64,000 nt of DNA, from contig NC_043000.1 in the NCBI RefSeq assembly GCF_006345805.1, forward strand, positions 91,202,001-91,266,000. Direction: 5' to 3'. The notes beneath the pieces are model-generated. The model worked only from the letters and a program-made list of their open reading frames with translations, was not told where the DNA came from and did not search any database. Every line of letters begins with the position of its first letter. The stretch's first letter is position 1. Shown here in pieces: positions 63,380 through 64,000 of this stretch. Position numbers and translations under genes: made by a program. The DNA is from Octopus sinensis. Its lineage: Eukaryota.

Positions 63380-64000
63380 ATGAGCCGCCTCTACCAAACG
63401 GATGAGATGGAAGGGAGAAATTTCTCTGAAATTTCGTCGGAAGTATCGACATCTGAGGAGCAGTTGGCGGTGAAAAACATGGAAAGCACCTACGCAGGTG
63501 TAACGAAGAAGTCAACAGAAAAAGAGATAGACCTGGCTAAGTTGACGGGCTTCCAGGAGTTCATGAAGGAGGAGGAGAACGGAGAGGTAGAGCTGTTGCC
63601 TCCAGCAGGGCGCGGAGACTGGTTCCTTCGTAGAACCATTAAATATAAAGTATTTATGAATGGAGGTAGAAAAATGGAAGTGATTAACATGGAAGCAATT
63701 GAAGAGGCTCTCAAACAGACAGGAGAAGAAATTGTGTACATGACAAAAGGATTAGAATATGGAACCATAACGGTACAATTTAAAAGTGAGAAAGCAGCCA
63801 GGAATGTAGCAGCCAAGGTGGTGAGTACAGAAAAGATTTACTTGTTCCCCTCGTATTTGAATAGAAGGACCACCAGAATTAGGGTGGTGGGAATACCTCC
63901 ACACCTAGAGGTTGAATTAATAACGGCTGCGGTTATCAAAGGAAATGAAGATAAAGTGGACATCCTCCACGCCATTATGAAATATGAAGGCGTGAGAGGT
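63380..64000 (+). CDS. Open ORF1 (gag-like, RRM-type) of a probable Tx1/L1-clade LINE; runs off the window
   Basis: 207 codons without a stop from ATG 63380 (MSRLYQTDEM...STYAGV...ITVQFKSEKAA...FPSYLNRRTTRIRVVGIPP...). Absent from the ORF track because no stop falls inside the window. Preceded by a ~180-bp CpG-rich 5' UTR. The clade is inferred from motif resemblance only. Confidence 0.65.
   Translation, partial: MSRLYQTDEMEGRNFSEISSEVSTSEEQLAVKNMESTYAGVTKKSTEKEIDLAKLTGFQEFMKEEENGEVELLPPAGRGDWFLRRTIKYKVFMNGGRKMEVINMEAIEEALKQTGEEIVYMTKGLEYGTITVQFKSEKAARNVAAKVVSTEKIYLFPSYLNRRTTRIRVVGIPPHLEVELITAAVIKGNEDKVDILHAIMKYEGVRG

Overview
Eukaryotic, AT-rich, microsatellite-dense DNA with one 100-N scaffold gap (10929-11028). 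The repeat content is most consistent with an octopus (coleoid cephalopod) genome; this is an inference from the tRNA-derived SINE types and (TA)n/(GATA)n/(CA)n density. I found no host protein-coding exon I can support. Nearly all ORF-track entries are microsatellite read-throughs or transposon fragments. The window is a mosaic of mobile elements: a near full-length but frameshifted CR1-clade LINE (6.85-10.85 kb); 3' fragments of a second CR1 family; a Tx1/L1-clade LINE family sitting in (GATA)n tracts (three copies); an open Tx1-like ORF1 running off the window end, whose 5' region abuts a SINE tRNA head; an internally deleted RTE; an internally deleted Helitron; decayed DD37D (maT), DD37E (TRT-type), mariner and hAT transposons or MITEs; at least four tRNA-SINE families; Penelope-like tails; and several long foldback hairpins. 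Family labels A-D are my own working names. Best second-look items: (1) an intact-core type I hammerhead ribozyme with a palindromic stem III at 53578-53632; (2) SINE-LINE partner pairs visible inside the window, including a SINE with a Tx1-like tail that forms multimers with an identical palindromic junction at two loci 54 kb apart; (3) (GATA)n targeting by the Tx1 family; (4) the SINE-head/Tx1-like junction at 63197; (5) an RTE derivative whose deletion fuses the N- and C-termini in frame. All calls come from manual reading and translation. Boundaries marked ~ are approximate.
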